Source: an uncultured archaeon
GTDB taxonomy: Archaea > Iainarchaeota > Iainarchaeia > Iainarchaeales > DTGL01
Length of the DNA stretch: 64,000 nucleotides
Direction: 5' to 3'
Assembly (NCBI GenBank): GCA_964551725.1
Contig: CAZKED010000002.1
Coordinates: 30,873-94,872 of the forward strand
Shown here: positions 1 to 10,380 of the stretch, piece after piece
How positions within the stretch are numbered: position 1 is the first letter of the stretch
Layout: every line of letters starts with the position of its first letter
Program-made: the position numbers and the translations under genes
Notes under the pieces: generated by a model
Seen by the model: the letters and a program-made list of their open reading frames with translations, nothing else
Told to the model about the DNA's origin: nothing
Database searches by the model: none

Positions 1-1
1 A

Positions 2-2782
2 GTAAACAAAGCCTGGGCTGAAGGCGTTGAATTGGGCGAAGAAACCACAGAAACGGTGGAGCCAACAGATTTGAGCGTGGACCTAGCAATAGGTGGAACA
101 ACCACAACCTACTCTGATTCTGACAGCGAAACCTATGACTCGACAACCATGAATTCCACCGCCGGAACAGGAGCAGAGTTCATAAAAGAACTCACAAGCT
201 CGCAGCTCTCTTTCCTGTACAACAGCAACGACACCTTCAAGTACGGTTCAGGAACTACAGCAACAGGGACAAACTACACCCAAACAATAAAGGAGAAAAT
301 CGGAATAGAGGCTGACGCAAGGTTCGACTACGACAGGGTTTCGGTTGAAGACTTCATAGTCTACATGGACGCAGTCGGAGACTTCAACTACGAGCTAACC
401 TTCACAAAGGGAATACCAACAGACAACACCCTAGCCGGAGGTTACGACACAGCATTCCAGGACGGAGACAACGACAACATAAGAATCCCCTGGTTCGGAG
501 AAATGTACACCGTCTTTTCGGCGAAGAACAGTCTCTCAGCAAACTACGCCAGCTCTGAACTGACCTTGGTGAAAGACACTGGAAAAGTTACCTACTATGC
601 AGGGGAAGAAATCACCGGACTGACAGGAAAAGGCACCTACGCCGGCGAGGAATTGAAAGCAGTGCTGGAAACAGTGTACGAGACTTCACAGGGAGCAACC
701 TACCAAGCCAGGTGGGCATTGTACAAAGCGGACGACGACACTTCGACGGCAACACCGATTGACACGCAGACAGCCGGAACAGCAGTATTCCTGGAAGACC
801 AGTTCAAGAGCGGAGACGTATTGGATACTTCCCTTTACGTTGAAGCAATAGGGCTGGAGAAAACAGGAGACCAGAGAGGATTTGCAACAGTGACAAAGGG
901 AGACGACCTGATAAAGGTTGTGGACAACAAGCAGTATCCATACTCCGCATCGGACACAGACTCGACAAACGACTACTGGAAAGCCGAAATTGTTGAGGGC
1001 ACAACCACGAGCCCGGACGTAAACACCTTCTCAAAGATAACAATCTACAACAACATAAAGCTCTGGGACCAGGACAACCCGCTTTACGCAGGCGGAGCAA
1101 GAGAAGGAAGATACGGAACAGGCGCTTGGTCTCTGACACAGGACGACGTTGTAGCAAACGAAGCAAACCACGCAGTGTTCCTGGACGGCGAGTCAGATAG
1201 CACGCAGGGATACGGCTATGCAGAAGTTGTCTTTGACGGCTGGAAAGGCGGAGAAAACACCACTCTCATAGAGATTGGTGACGGCAAAGTGCACTACTGG
1301 GACACAGGAGACACAGAGCACAACATACCGTTCTACGATAAACTGAAGATTACCTCGACAGAGAGGACCTTCACCATCGACGACCAGACCTTTTACTACA
1401 GGTGCGACACAACGGACAACAACTTCCTTTTGGGAGGAGACAACAACTACCTGAACGGCCAGCTCATGGGATTCGGCGGCTCGGACACAAACATGTACGA
1501 CACCACAGCGGGATACGTCGACCTAACCCTTAAAGCAGGGGAAACAGGAACAACTGTGGTCGACCTCAACGGGTTCAGCTACACTTGCACGCACACGTTT
1601 GCTGGAAGTACATGGAACTGTGTTGCAGACGGAAACTGTGAGTTCGCAAAAGCGTCCTTTGACTCGGCTGCAACAGGCGACTACATTGGAACCTTTACAG
1701 CAGGAGCCAGGACAACTTACCCAACATGGTACTACGACGACGGAAACACAGACCACCAGGAGAACCTGCAGAAAGCGTCAATACCGCTGACAGGCTCAGG
1801 ACTCAACGACCAGACCTACTACTACACCTACATAGGAATGGAGTCAACCTACGGTAACCTGTGGTTGCTGTTGGACGACACCACAAACTTCGCAGTGCAG
1901 TACGCCAAGGACATCCAGTTGGTCGGAACGGACACAGACGAGACAACAGGGCCAGGAACACCAAACGCTACCTACTACGTGCCGGATGAGATAGAACTCG
2001 GAGGAAGCCCCTCGGACAACACATTCTATGTTGCAAGCTTCAACATAAACGAGAACGCAGGCGGATGGGACGGAAACGTCTACATTGAAACAAAGACAGA
2101 CAACATAGTAGTGCTGCCTAACAACAACCTGGACATCTACTCAGTGGACTTCAACTACAAAAATGCCACATGGACTCTCAGATACGATACTCCGGGAAGC
2201 TATATAGCACAGGCATACTCTGACTATGGCTCGTGGTACACGGTAGCCGACGAGAAAGTCCTCAAGGCAGTAATGCCCGAGAACCAGCAGAAACTCAAGC
2301 TGACAGTGATAGGCGAAGGCACGACCACGACAACAGCAGCTGACGAAACCTTTGAAGGCGTGGCAGAGGGAGAGAAAGTGACAACCGAAGCGGGAACCGA
2401 AATAACGGTTTCGGCAATCAACTACACGGCAGGAACCTTCACTTACACGCCAGCCGGAGTAAGCCTCGACGACGTGGTTGCAACAGCGGACCCAGACGCA
2501 GCTGTAACAATCGTTCCGGTAGGAACATTGTTGAAAACAGACAAGGCTGCGATGGGAAGCGGCAAGACACACATCATCATTGGTGGACAAAAAAGGAACA
2601 CAATGGCAGTAGGCAAAGTGTTGGGCGACGGCTCGACAATAGAGGAAACCCTTGTCGCAACCGGAGACTACGTTTCAGAGAAACTGCCGGACGGAGACTT
2701 CCTGTTGGCTGGATACACCGCTGCTGACACAGAAACAGCGTGCGGCGAGTTCGTGGACGCCTTGGAAGCACTGTTGGGCTGA
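2..2782 (+). CDS. S-layer protein (5' end outside window)
   Basis: Frame is open from base 2 (VNKAWAEG...). >916 aa, rich in T/D/G/Y, many N-x-S/T sequons. C-terminal IIIGG...N...LLAGYTAADT is typical of archaeal S-layer C-terminal domains. Strong terminator follows. Confidence 0.8.
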   Translation, partial: VNKAWAEGVELGEETTETVEPTDLSVDLAIGGTTTTYSDSDSETYDSTTMNSTAGTGAEFIKELTSSQLSFLYNSNDTFKYGSGTTATGTNYTQTIKEKIGIEADARFDYDRVSVEDFIVYMDAVGDFNYELTFTKGIPTDNTLAGGYDTAFQDGDNDNIRIPWFGEMYTVFSAKNSLSANYASSELTLVKDTGKVTYYAGEEITGLTGKGTYAGEELKAVLETVYETSQGATYQARWALYKADDDTSTATPIDTQTAGTAVFLEDQFKSGDVLDTSLYVEAIGLEKTGDQRGFATVTKGDDLIKVVDNKQYPYSASDTDSTNDYWKAEIVEGTTTSPDVNTFSKITIYNNIKLWDQDNPLYAGGAREGRYGTGAWSLTQDDVVANEANHAVFLDGESDSTQGYGYAEVVFDGWKGGENTTLIEIGDGKVHYWDTGDTEHNIPFYDKLKITSTERTFTIDDQTFYYRCDTTDNNFLLGGDNNYLNGQLMGFGGSDTNMYDTTAGYVDLTLKAGETGTTVVDLNGFSYTCTHTFAGSTWNCVADGNCEFAKASFDSAATGDYIGTFTAGARTTYPTWYYDDGNTDHQENLQKASIPLTGSGLNDQTYYYTYIGMESTYGNLWLLLDDTTNFAVQYAKDIQLVGTDTDETTGPGTPNATYYVPDEIELGGSPSDNTFYVASFNINENAGGWDGNVYIETKTDNIVVLPNNNLDIYSVDFNYKNATWTLRYDTPGSYIAQAYSDYGSWYTVADEKVLKAVMPENQQKLKLTVIGEGTTTTTAADETFEGVAEGEKVTTEAGTEITVSAINYTAGTFTYTPAGVSLDDVVATADPDAAVTIVPVGTLLKTDKAAMGSGKTHIIIGGQKRNTMAVGKVLGDGSTIEETLVATGDYVSEKLPDGDFLLAGYTAADTETACGEFVDALEALLG

Positions 2783-2787
2783 AATTA

Positions 2788-2830
2788 AAAAAAAGGGTTT
2801 GAAAAAACCCTTTTTTTCTTCTTTTTTTTA
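2788..2830 (+). terminator. Hairpin plus U-tract terminator after S-layer gene
   Basis: AAAAAAAGGGTTT-GAAA-AAACCCTTTTTTT perfect stem with GAAA loop, then T-runs. Confidence 0.75.
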
Positions 2831-2854
2831 TTTTTTTCTATGGTTTATTGATAG

Positions 2855-3490
2855 GTGGACATTTTGAAAAAGAAAAATTTGGGTTATATTGCCATTGTGG
2901 TTATTGCAATTATTCTCGCTGCCTCGGTTTTTTACCTTCTCACGGCAAAAAGAACAGGGCACGAGTTTGAGTATTATTCAGGGGGGGTGCTGTTTACCTC
3001 CGATGCAAAGCAGCCGATGGAATTGCTTGAAGAGCTTTCGGGAAAAAATACTTTTTTCATTTCTCCCGCGCTCAGTTCCGCGCCCTCAAACGAGAATTCC
3101 AGCATTTCGAACAGTTTCTTCCTGCCTGCAATGATTGTTGTTGCAGGAAATGACAAGAATGCGGTTTCGCTTGCAAGGGTTTTTTCGGGTTCGGAGCTGA
3201 AAAGCTGTGAGACGAACTTGGGGGATGCCCGCACAAGGCTAACGCTTTCGGCACAGGAATGCCTTTCGCTGATTGAAAGTAGCAATGACTCTGTTTTTAT
3301 ATTCGCGGATTTCCCTAACGCGGAAGAAGTGGAGCAGGTGTTCGTTTCAGAGAACTCAATCGAGGTAAAGACCAATAGTTTCAGTTCAATGAAAACGAGT
3401 TCACTGGCTTTGCTTGAGCGCATGTTTCCCAATGCAAGGGGAGTGATTGAATCCTCTAACCAAGTGCTGGGGGGCCTTGGATTTGGGTGA
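2855..3490 (+). CDS. Hypothetical membrane-anchored protein
   Basis: 211-aa ORF with basic N-terminus and one hydrophobic helix; no recognised motif. Confidence 0.7.
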   Translation: MDILKKKNLGYIAIVVIAIILAASVFYLLTAKRTGHEFEYYSGGVLFTSDAKQPMELLEELSGKNTFFISPALSSAPSNENSSISNSFFLPAMIVVAGNDKNAVSLARVFSGSELKSCETNLGDARTRLTLSAQECLSLIESSNDSVFIFADFPNAEEVEQVFVSENSIEVKTNSFSSMKTSSLALLERMFPNARGVIESSNQVLGGLGFG

Positions 3491-4511
3491 AGGGAATTCA
3501 GGTCCGCAGTTTCTCAGGGCGCTGCTGTCCCTTGTCCTTGTTGCAGCGTTGCTTTTCCTTGTCGCCTGGTTAACTGAAGCGCATTCCGAACTCGGAAAGG
3601 TCGATTTTTTCCTGTTGGCTTCGGCGGCAACCTTTTTTCTTCTCTCCGTCTTTGTGTGGATAGTTTCATGGGCTTTCCTTATAAGGAAAAGGCACGGCAT
3701 TCCTTATCCCAAAATGCTCGCAATAGGCTTCTCTTCTGTTTACGGAAGCATTACCCCTGTGCAGATAGGCGCGGAAGCGCTCAGGAGCATCAGGTTGAAG
3801 CGCTTGTTTGGCGTTTCCTTAACCGAAAGCGTTTCCTCCGCAATGGCCGTGAAGGGATTAAAGTTCGCTTCTCTTTCGCTCAGCGCTTCGGTTCTGATTG
3901 CCCTCTTTCTTTTGGGAAGGGAAATTGACGCAATACTGCTTGTCCCGCTTCTCTCGGGCTTTTTCGTTGTTTTGATCGCTGCATTCCTGTTCCTCCTGCC
4001 CATTAACAAGCGCTTTGGAGAAAAGATTTCCTCATTTTTCCTTTCCTTCCGCGCAATTCCGGGCTTTTCATTGCTGGGAAAGTATTTTTCCAGTTACTCG
4101 GATTACCTGGCGGAAATTTCCAAGAATGCGTTCCTCTGGATATTCTTTCTTTCCTTTTCTTCCTGGGTCCTTGAATTTCTCGCATTCTATTTTGTTTTCC
4201 TTTCCCTTAACCTTTTTCTGCCGCTGGCTTCCCTTGCGGTATTGTTCGTTCTCCTGGCGGTAGTAGAAAGAACCCCTTTCCTTCCCCGCGGCATACTTTT
4301 GTTCGAGATAGCCGGCTTTGCATTCCTTTCAATGTCCCACCTTGTCCAGACAGAACTTTCCGTTGGGGAAATCGGCTCGGTGATAGTTCTCCTTGACTTT
4401 GTAAGACTTGTGGTGCCGGTTTTCCTCTCAGTGCTTTTCTACGCGGTGTTCAAAGCGAGAGGAATAAAAAACTCCAGAAAGAGCAGTTCACTGCAACAAG
4501 TATCCAGATGA
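3447..4511 (+). CDS. Lysylphosphatidylglycerol-synthase TM-like / UPF0104 flippase-like membrane protein
   Basis: Multi-TM; SITPVQIGAEALR resembles the family TP..GGE..R motif; true start may be TTG at 3483. Confidence 0.7.
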   Translation: MNPLTKCWGALDLGEGNSGPQFLRALLSLVLVAALLFLVAWLTEAHSELGKVDFFLLASAATFFLLSVFVWIVSWAFLIRKRHGIPYPKMLAIGFSSVYGSITPVQIGAEALRSIRLKRLFGVSLTESVSSAMAVKGLKFASLSLSASVLIALFLLGREIDAILLVPLLSGFFVVLIAAFLFLLPINKRFGEKISSFFLSFRAIPGFSLLGKYFSSYSDYLAEISKNAFLWIFFLSFSSWVLEFLAFYFVFLSLNLFLPLASLAVLFVLLAVVERTPFLPRGILLFEIAGFAFLSMSHLVQTELSVGEIGSVIVLLDFVRLVVPVFLSVLFYAVFKARGIKNSRKSSSLQQVSR

Positions 4512-5415
4512 TTGCAACAAGCACGTGCTCTTTTTTTGGCCCCAGAATTATTATGAGCAGTTTTGCAAAGTCCAGCTTTTTTTTGCCCTTGTAATCCGGC
4601 AGATTAATTTTTCCCTCGGCGTCCAGCGAATATGGTCTTGCTTTTCTCTGGCTGGGGTCGCTGGGGTTTGTTGCCATTTTTACCGCAAAGTCTATCATGT
4701 GGGGCAAAAAGAAAAGGAAACTGAAGACCATCAGAGTCCAGCTGCCTGCAATTACCATCATTCCAGCAAGTGCAGAACCAATGAGCAGTGTTCCGCTGTC
4801 TCCCGGGAATGCCCTTGCGGGATAGAGGTTGAATAAAAGCATTGCAAGTATTGCCCCGCTAACAATAAGCGCGAGCGGGTATAAGGGGCTTCCCGAAACA
4901 AAGAGAAGAATGAAATAGAAGACCGAAATAATGAAACCGGAGCCGATTTCCCACCCGTTCAGTCCGGCAAAAGTGTTCTCAAAGCTTGCTATTCCCGCCA
5001 AGTAAAGCGCCGCAACGATTGCAAGAAGGGAATATGGGAAATTCAGCGCTGCAAACACAAGCGAGACAACCGCTATAGTCAGTGCCCTGAAGCCCCAGCT
5101 CCGTGTTTTGCCCAGGAATTTGGGTTTTATGTCGTCCAGAAGTCCCACGGAAGAGAAAACACTCACCATGAAAAGCCATATTGCCACTTTTGTTTCCAGA
5201 ATTCCGAATACCCCGTTTAAAAGCCCTGCTGCGGAAACAATCCACAACGGGACAAGCATTGCAATGCCCACGCTTTCAGGGAGTTTTATCTGGGAGGGCT
5301 TGTTTATGTCAATGCCTATTATGCCCTTTTTCCTGTTTATTTTTGCCACAAGGAAAACGCTGAGAAATCCGATAAGGAGGGAAGGCAAAAACCAGTAAAC
5401 CGCGGAACCAATCAT
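4450..5415 (-). CDS. Glycosyltransferase family 4 (UDP-GlcNAc:dolichyl-phosphate GlcNAc-1-P transferase, AglH/MraY-like)
   Basis: GIDINKP, PESVG, GLLDD, NTFAGLNGWE and FPGDSGT motifs; multi-TM. Confidence 0.85.
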   Translation of the reverse strand: MIGSAVYWFLPSLLIGFLSVFLVAKINRKKGIIGIDINKPSQIKLPESVGIAMLVPLWIVSAAGLLNGVFGILETKVAIWLFMVSVFSSVGLLDDIKPKFLGKTRSWGFRALTIAVVSLVFAALNFPYSLLAIVAALYLAGIASFENTFAGLNGWEIGSGFIISVFYFILLFVSGSPLYPLALIVSGAILAMLLFNLYPARAFPGDSGTLLIGSALAGMMVIAGSWTLMVFSFLFFLPHMIDFAVKMATNPSDPSQRKARPYSLDAEGKINLPDYKGKKKLDFAKLLIIILGPKKEHVLVAIIWILVAVNCSFWSFLFLSL

Positions 5416-5472
5416 TCTTTTTCCCCGAACGCCTGAAGAAACAAACTAAAGTATTTGCGTCAAAAGATTTAA

Positions 5473-6744
5473 TTACGTTTCTGTTCCCTCTTTCCCGGGC
5501 TTCATTAATTCGGAGAGGAGCACTGTTGCATAGCATCCCTTATCCAGGTAAAAAGAAACCTTGCATTTCCTCTTTCCCTCAAAAAATTCGTCCTCCCCAA
5601 TTTCCAGCAATTTCATTTCCCTCGGGAAAAAGAAAATTTTCCTCCTCGCTCCCTGGCAGGAGCATTCCTTCATTTTTTCCAGCTTGAAATCCGCAAACGT
5701 GATTCCCTCTTTTTCGAGCAGTTCCCTTTCCAGTTCCCCTATCCTGCCCGGCGAAAACGCGGAGTTATAACCGGGCAGCAAGCCCATGGGAATTCCGTCC
5801 TCCTGGGGTTCGCCCTCGAGAGGCTCAAAAAGCCCTTCCCCGAGCCTTTTTTCCACGAGCCGGTTGAACAAATGGGACTGGTAGGCGTGAGTGAATAGAA
5901 AGCGCAGCCTGCGGGGAAGAATGCTGAATGCCCCGAAAAAGTCCTTCCTGTTGTTTGCCAGGTAATGCGCCATTGCTCTCTCATAACGGTATTTTATGGG
6001 AAATTCCCTCTCCGCCTGCTTGAAGTTGCTGGATTCTGCCAAATGCAGCCTTGCCTCTTTCACTTCCTTTTCCTCGAGCTCGCTTATTGCGGTCAGGTAA
6101 AGCATTACCGCTGATTTTATGTCCTCCCTGATTATTTCCCTTCCCACCAAATGACTTATCTGCCTTATGCTGCCGAACCTCTGCTCTCCAAAGTAGTTGG
6201 GAATTCCTTTCTCCATTTCCCCGAACGCCTCATCCCCCCTTTTCTTGATTTCCTCCCCGCTCAGGGGAATATCCCTTATTTTTACAGTGAAATAGTTTCC
6301 ATTCAGGTCCCCAAGGTCAATGCCTGAATCGCTCCATTCTGGGTTCCTGAGGACAATGCCGCGCGCGGAGAATTTTTCCAGCTGTTTCACGCTCGGCATG
6401 AAAACGCTGATTCTCTGGCACGTTACAGCGCGCTTGTCCTTCAGTCCAGCATACCCTATGCTTTTCTGGCTTTTGTGCAGCGCCCTTGCAACTGTTTTCA
6501 CCGCGAGGTTTGTTTCAGTGTTGCATTTTTCCATTTCAAGCAGCAAAAAATCCTTTCTCCCTTCGGGAATTTTCATTTCCCCCCTGGTTTCCCCCTGCCC
6601 TTTTTTCCCATTTTCCTCCCGGAGAAAAAATTCCGCGCTGCATTTTTTTCCATTCCCGGCGAGTTCTTCAACAATAAAATCAGAATAGCGCCTCTTTATT
6701 TTTCCGCCGATTCCCTTTGCTTTTGTAAAGAATTTTTTTTCCAC
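5473..6744 (-). CDS. truD: tRNA pseudouridine(13) synthase TruD
   Basis: DFIVEE, YAGLKDKRAVTCQ, PNYFGEQRFG, HAYQSHLFN, KGCYATVLL. Start moved to GTG 6744 because the longer ORF overlaps aRF1. Confidence 0.92.
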   Translation of the reverse strand: MEKKFFTKAKGIGGKIKRRYSDFIVEELAGNGKKCSAEFFLREENGKKGQGETRGEMKIPEGRKDFLLLEMEKCNTETNLAVKTVARALHKSQKSIGYAGLKDKRAVTCQRISVFMPSVKQLEKFSARGIVLRNPEWSDSGIDLGDLNGNYFTVKIRDIPLSGEEIKKRGDEAFGEMEKGIPNYFGEQRFGSIRQISHLVGREIIREDIKSAVMLYLTAISELEEKEVKEARLHLAESSNFKQAEREFPIKYRYERAMAHYLANNRKDFFGAFSILPRRLRFLFTHAYQSHLFNRLVEKRLGEGLFEPLEGEPQEDGIPMGLLPGYNSAFSPGRIGELERELLEKEGITFADFKLEKMKECSCQGARRKIFFFPREMKLLEIGEDEFFEGKRKCKVSFYLDKGCYATVLLSELMKPGKEGTET

Positions 6745-6754
6745 GAAAAAACGC

Positions 6755-7981
6755 CTACTTGAACCTGAGGATTGCGCCGATTCCCCCGAACCCTTTGAGG
6801 AATTCCTTCCCTTCCTCGGTTTCCGTTCCCACGATAATAGTGCCAGCGCCGATTTTTTCCGCCTTTTCCATGAGGTAGTCAATGTATTCCTTTTCTTCCT
6901 CCGCTTCCATTTCCGTTCCGCACCCGCTGCATTTTAATTCCTGTTCTTCTCCCTCGCTGAAAACCCGTGTTTTTCTTTTGCCGCAACCCGGGCAGGAGAA
7001 TTCAACCGCTTTTTTCTCCAGTTCGTCGCTCAGAATAAGCGTTTTCACTTTTCCCGTTTCCAGCGCTTCCAGGACTTCTTTTTCCCCGTAAACCGCAAGC
7101 CCTGTTTTTATTATGTTTTTTAGGAATTCCTCGATTATTTCCTTTTCCCTTATTATTTCCGTGTTCTTGAGCAAATCCCCGCTCCTGTTTATTGCCTCCC
7201 TTACGCCCGATTCGTCGGTGTAAGAAGTGCTTATCCTGCCGAGAATTTTTTTCGCAAGCCTGCTGTCAAGGAGCCCTGCTTCCAAGAAATAGTCCTTTGT
7301 AATGCCGGGCCCTGCAACAATAATTCCCTTCAACTTGTCCAAGTGCTTCAGGAATGCTTGGTTTGCCTTTTCGCTCACGCTAGCGTAAAAATCGTGCTCC
7401 GCCTCCTCCCTCAAGCGCTCGAAGCGATGCGCTGACTGCCCTCCCGCTCTTATTTTCCCGGGCACCCTGCTCTTGAACTGCCCTATGGTTTCGTAGCGTG
7501 TTCCCATAAGCAAGGCCAGAGTGGCTTCGTTCTTGTCTATTACTATTATTCCGTAAACCTCGGAGGGCTTCACCATTGCTTCCAATGGTTCAAGGAAGAA
7601 TGTTGAATCGCACCAGTAAAGTTTTGTTTCGAGGTTCTGCACAGGCCTTACGGTGAAAAGCTTTATGTCCGTTTTTCCCTCCTGCTCGGAAATGTTCCCG
7701 CAGAATACTGCCAAACCTGTTTTTGGCAGGTTAAAATCGATCCTTTTCAGGAAGTTTATTATTTTTTTTAGTGCGGCTTGCACGTTCTTCCTTGTTTTGG
7801 GGTCCTTTATGTTCGAACTCTGGCTCATTTCCTCCGTGAGCTGCGAGGTCAGCGAGCTCCTGTCCGTGCCGAAAGGTATGAGTACTGAAATTAGCTCAGT
7901 GCCTGAACCTTTCATTGCCTTCAGCTTTTTCACTTTTTTGCTGAAAATGCTCCTTTCAGCGCTTTTGTCTTTTTCCTTCAT
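6755..7981 (-). CDS. prf1: Peptide chain release factor aRF1
   Basis: GTELIS, SNIKD (NIKS-like), YWCD..F, GGQSAHRFERLR, CxxC..CxxC insert, GFGGIGAILRF. Confidence 0.97.
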   Translation of the reverse strand: MKEKDKSAERSIFSKKVKKLKAMKGSGTELISVLIPFGTDRSSLTSQLTEEMSQSSNIKDPKTRKNVQAALKKIINFLKRIDFNLPKTGLAVFCGNISEQEGKTDIKLFTVRPVQNLETKLYWCDSTFFLEPLEAMVKPSEVYGIIVIDKNEATLALLMGTRYETIGQFKSRVPGKIRAGGQSAHRFERLREEAEHDFYASVSEKANQAFLKHLDKLKGIIVAGPGITKDYFLEAGLLDSRLAKKILGRISTSYTDESGVREAINRSGDLLKNTEIIREKEIIEEFLKNIIKTGLAVYGEKEVLEALETGKVKTLILSDELEKKAVEFSCPGCGKRKTRVFSEGEEQELKCSGCGTEMEAEEEKEYIDYLMEKAEKIGAGTIIVGTETEEGKEFLKGFGGIGAILRFK

Positions 7982-8100
7982 TTTTTTCTTCCCCTTCCCC
8001 AGCCAAAATGTGCCCTTTTCGGGGCATAAGAAAAGGTTTTTAATACCGGAAATAACAATATTATAGAATTTAATAATTTCTAACCCGAATAAATTAAAAG

Positions 8101-8919
8101 GTGTTGCAATTGTTCGACGAGGACTTTTTCAAAATGTACAATGAAGACGAGGACGAGGAGGAAAAGAAAGATGACACGATTGAAACAATTTCCTATCCCG
8201 CTTATGAGGAATCCGGCAAATTGTTCGTGTTAAGCGTCGGCGGCTCGCTCATCGCGCCGGAAAAGCCGGATTCAACCTTTCTCTCAAAGTTTTCGCTCAC
8301 TTTAAAGAGCCTCGGGGAGCGCGGATACCGCTTTGCAATAGTTGCCGGCGGCGGCAGTGTCGGAAGGAATTACATTGCTTCCGCGAGAAGCCTGGGAGCG
8401 GACAATTTTTCCCTGGATTTGCTTGGCATTGCGGTAACGCGCATTAATGCAATGCTCCTCATCCAGGCGCTGGAGAATGCCTATCCGCATGTTCTGACAG
8501 AAATACCGGAGGCAAAGCATGCTCTCGTCCTCGGAAAAACCCCTGTATTCGGCGGCTTGCTGCCGGGCATCACCACTGACGCGGTTGCAGCTCTGCTCGC
8601 GGAATTTTTGGGCGCGGATTACATTAATCTCACGAATGTTGACGGAATTTATTCCGCTGACCCGAAACTCAAGCCGAATGCCAAATTCTACCCCGAATTG
8701 AGCCACGACAGGCTCATTAGCCTCATGCAGGTCGCGGAATCGAAACCGGGGCAGAATCTGGTCATGGATTTGCCGGCGTGCTACATCCTCAAGCGCTCGA
8801 ACATCCGCGGCATTGTTCTTAACGGAAGCGATTTGAGCAATTTCGAGTACGCGGTGGACGGCGGCGAATTCACTGGAACGGTGATAAAGACCGCGGCAGA
8901 AATTGAAGAAAGTGAGTAA
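8101..8919 (+). CDS. pyrH: UMP kinase (archaeal type) with acidic N-terminal extension
   Basis: LSVGGS, VAGGG, PGITTDAVAA, TNVDGIYSADPK, FTGTVI. Confidence 0.93.
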   Translation: MLQLFDEDFFKMYNEDEDEEEKKDDTIETISYPAYEESGKLFVLSVGGSLIAPEKPDSTFLSKFSLTLKSLGERGYRFAIVAGGGSVGRNYIASARSLGADNFSLDLLGIAVTRINAMLLIQALENAYPHVLTEIPEAKHALVLGKTPVFGGLLPGITTDAVAALLAEFLGADYINLTNVDGIYSADPKLKPNAKFYPELSHDRLISLMQVAESKPGQNLVMDLPACYILKRSNIRGIVLNGSDLSNFEYAVDGGEFTGTVIKTAAEIEESE

Positions 8920-8934
8920 TTTTTATTCTATTTT

Positions 8935-9318
8935 TTATTTTTGCTTGCTTTGCCATCCCTGTATGTACATTAAGTTTGTTGCGTCAACTAGGTAACGTCT
9001 TCCAATTCCTGTTTCCCTGTTTACATCTACAACCCAAGCACTGTGGCGTAAATGGGATGGATCCTCTTGTAGGCCAATTCCTTTAAGTATCCCAATGTCC
9101 CACCCAATCCCCCTCTTTAGGATTTTGAGGTTCCTCAAATTGTTTTCTTTGGCGTATTCATCTAATCGGCTCCCGTCGACAAGATCGTGGCCGGGTTTTC
9201 TGAGTTCTCTCATTTCAACAGAATAGCTTCCATCTGGTTCCATTACAACTTTTGCTTTAAGTGTCGGAATTCCGGCGGTCTTAGCTCGCCGTAGTACATC
9301 CACATTGAAATTGGCCAT
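8935..9318 (-). CDS. Hypothetical protein (orphan, AT-richer than neighbours)
   Basis: 127-aa ATG ORF filling the pyrH-dph2 gap, with its own TATA-like element (TTTAAA) upstream. Confidence 0.65.
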   Translation of the reverse strand: MANFNVDVLRRAKTAGIPTLKAKVVMEPDGSYSVEMRELRKPGHDLVDGSRLDEYAKENNLRNLKILKRGIGWDIGILKGIGLQEDPSHLRHSAWVVDVNRETGIGRRYLVDATNLMYIQGWQSKQK

Positions 9319-9361
9319 AACAAATGTTATTTTGTTCCTAGTTCTTTAAATTTTCTTAAAC

Positions 9362-10363
9362 CTATGGGAATTGAAACTCACCGGCGCCTTTCTTTTTCAG
9401 CGCGATTTCCAGTTCAACCGCGCTTATGAGGGGCTTTTTCCATTTCATTGCGTCGTCAATTGCGATGCGGGGACAAGCGGTGTTAACAAAGCAGTCAATG
9501 TCCATTCCCAGCAACCTGTCCTCCTTTATGAGGTCGCCTGCAAGCAGGTAAGCGCGTTTTCCCCTGCTTTCAACCAGGTGCTTTAATTCAAGTGCCCTTT
9601 CAAGCATCAGCTGTCCCAGTTTTGTGCTCACGAGAATGCCGTAGCTCTGCGCTTTCACTGCCTTTGAGATTATTCCCACTCTCTTTTTCAGGAATGCCTC
9701 CTTCTCGCTTTCCCTGAATTTTTTAACGCTTTCGTTCAGCGGGTTGACCATAAAGAGGGGCTTGTTTGAAACAAAGGAAATGCCGAGCGGGTGAAACAAG
9801 CCGTCGCCGAAATACACGAATGCGTCCACTTTTCCCCTCAGTTTTCTTGCGGCAAACACGTCGCAGCCTAAAACCTGCCCTATTTCCGTTTTTTCCCCTT
9901 TTTCCATTTTTACGCTGAATCCCGCTTTTTCCATTTCCCGTTTCATTTTTGGGAGGTATTCCAAAAACTGCGCCGTGGAAACAAGACCCACTCTTTTGAA
10001 TTTCCCTTTTTTGAGCATTCGGGAGGTTTTTTTCACTAGTTCACTGAATTTTCCCTCCCCGAATTTGTACTTCACAGGCACGTAAACGGTGTTCTCGTAC
10101 TTGAGCATTTCAGTGTGCCCGAAGTGAAGTATGAGGTCTGCGTTGAATTCCTCCAGTTCGTTCACTGGAATGTCGCATGCCCCGTAGCAGGGGTCTATCA
10201 GAACGATTGCTTTCGCGCCGGTGTCGCGCTCCATTTCCTCGGCAAAATGGGTTGCCTTTCCTTTCAATCCCTCGGGCAACTGTATTATTACCTTCTTTGC
10301 CCTTCTTTTCCTTATCTCCCTTTTCGGAGCGTTCAAATCGAAGACAAGTTCCGCCATATACAC
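9362..10363 (-). CDS. dph2: Diphthamide biosynthesis enzyme Dph2
   Basis: QLPEGLK, PCYGACD, HFGH, GQVLGC, GDGLFH, TACPRIAIDD. Confidence 0.95.
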   Translation of the reverse strand: MYMAELVFDLNAPKREIRKRRAKKVIIQLPEGLKGKATHFAEEMERDTGAKAIVLIDPCYGACDIPVNELEEFNADLILHFGHTEMLKYENTVYVPVKYKFGEGKFSELVKKTSRMLKKGKFKRVGLVSTAQFLEYLPKMKREMEKAGFSVKMEKGEKTEIGQVLGCDVFAARKLRGKVDAFVYFGDGLFHPLGISFVSNKPLFMVNPLNESVKKFRESEKEAFLKKRVGIISKAVKAQSYGILVSTKLGQLMLERALELKHLVESRGKRAYLLAGDLIKEDRLLGMDIDCFVNTACPRIAIDDAMKWKKPLISAVELEIALKKKGAGEFQFP

Positions 10364-10380
10364 TTTTGGCAGGACAACAA

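Noticed and set aside
6755-7981. aRF1 NIKD instead of NIKS as a sign of stop-codon reassignment
   Set aside because: TAA, TAG and TGA all terminate conserved genes at expected positions in this window
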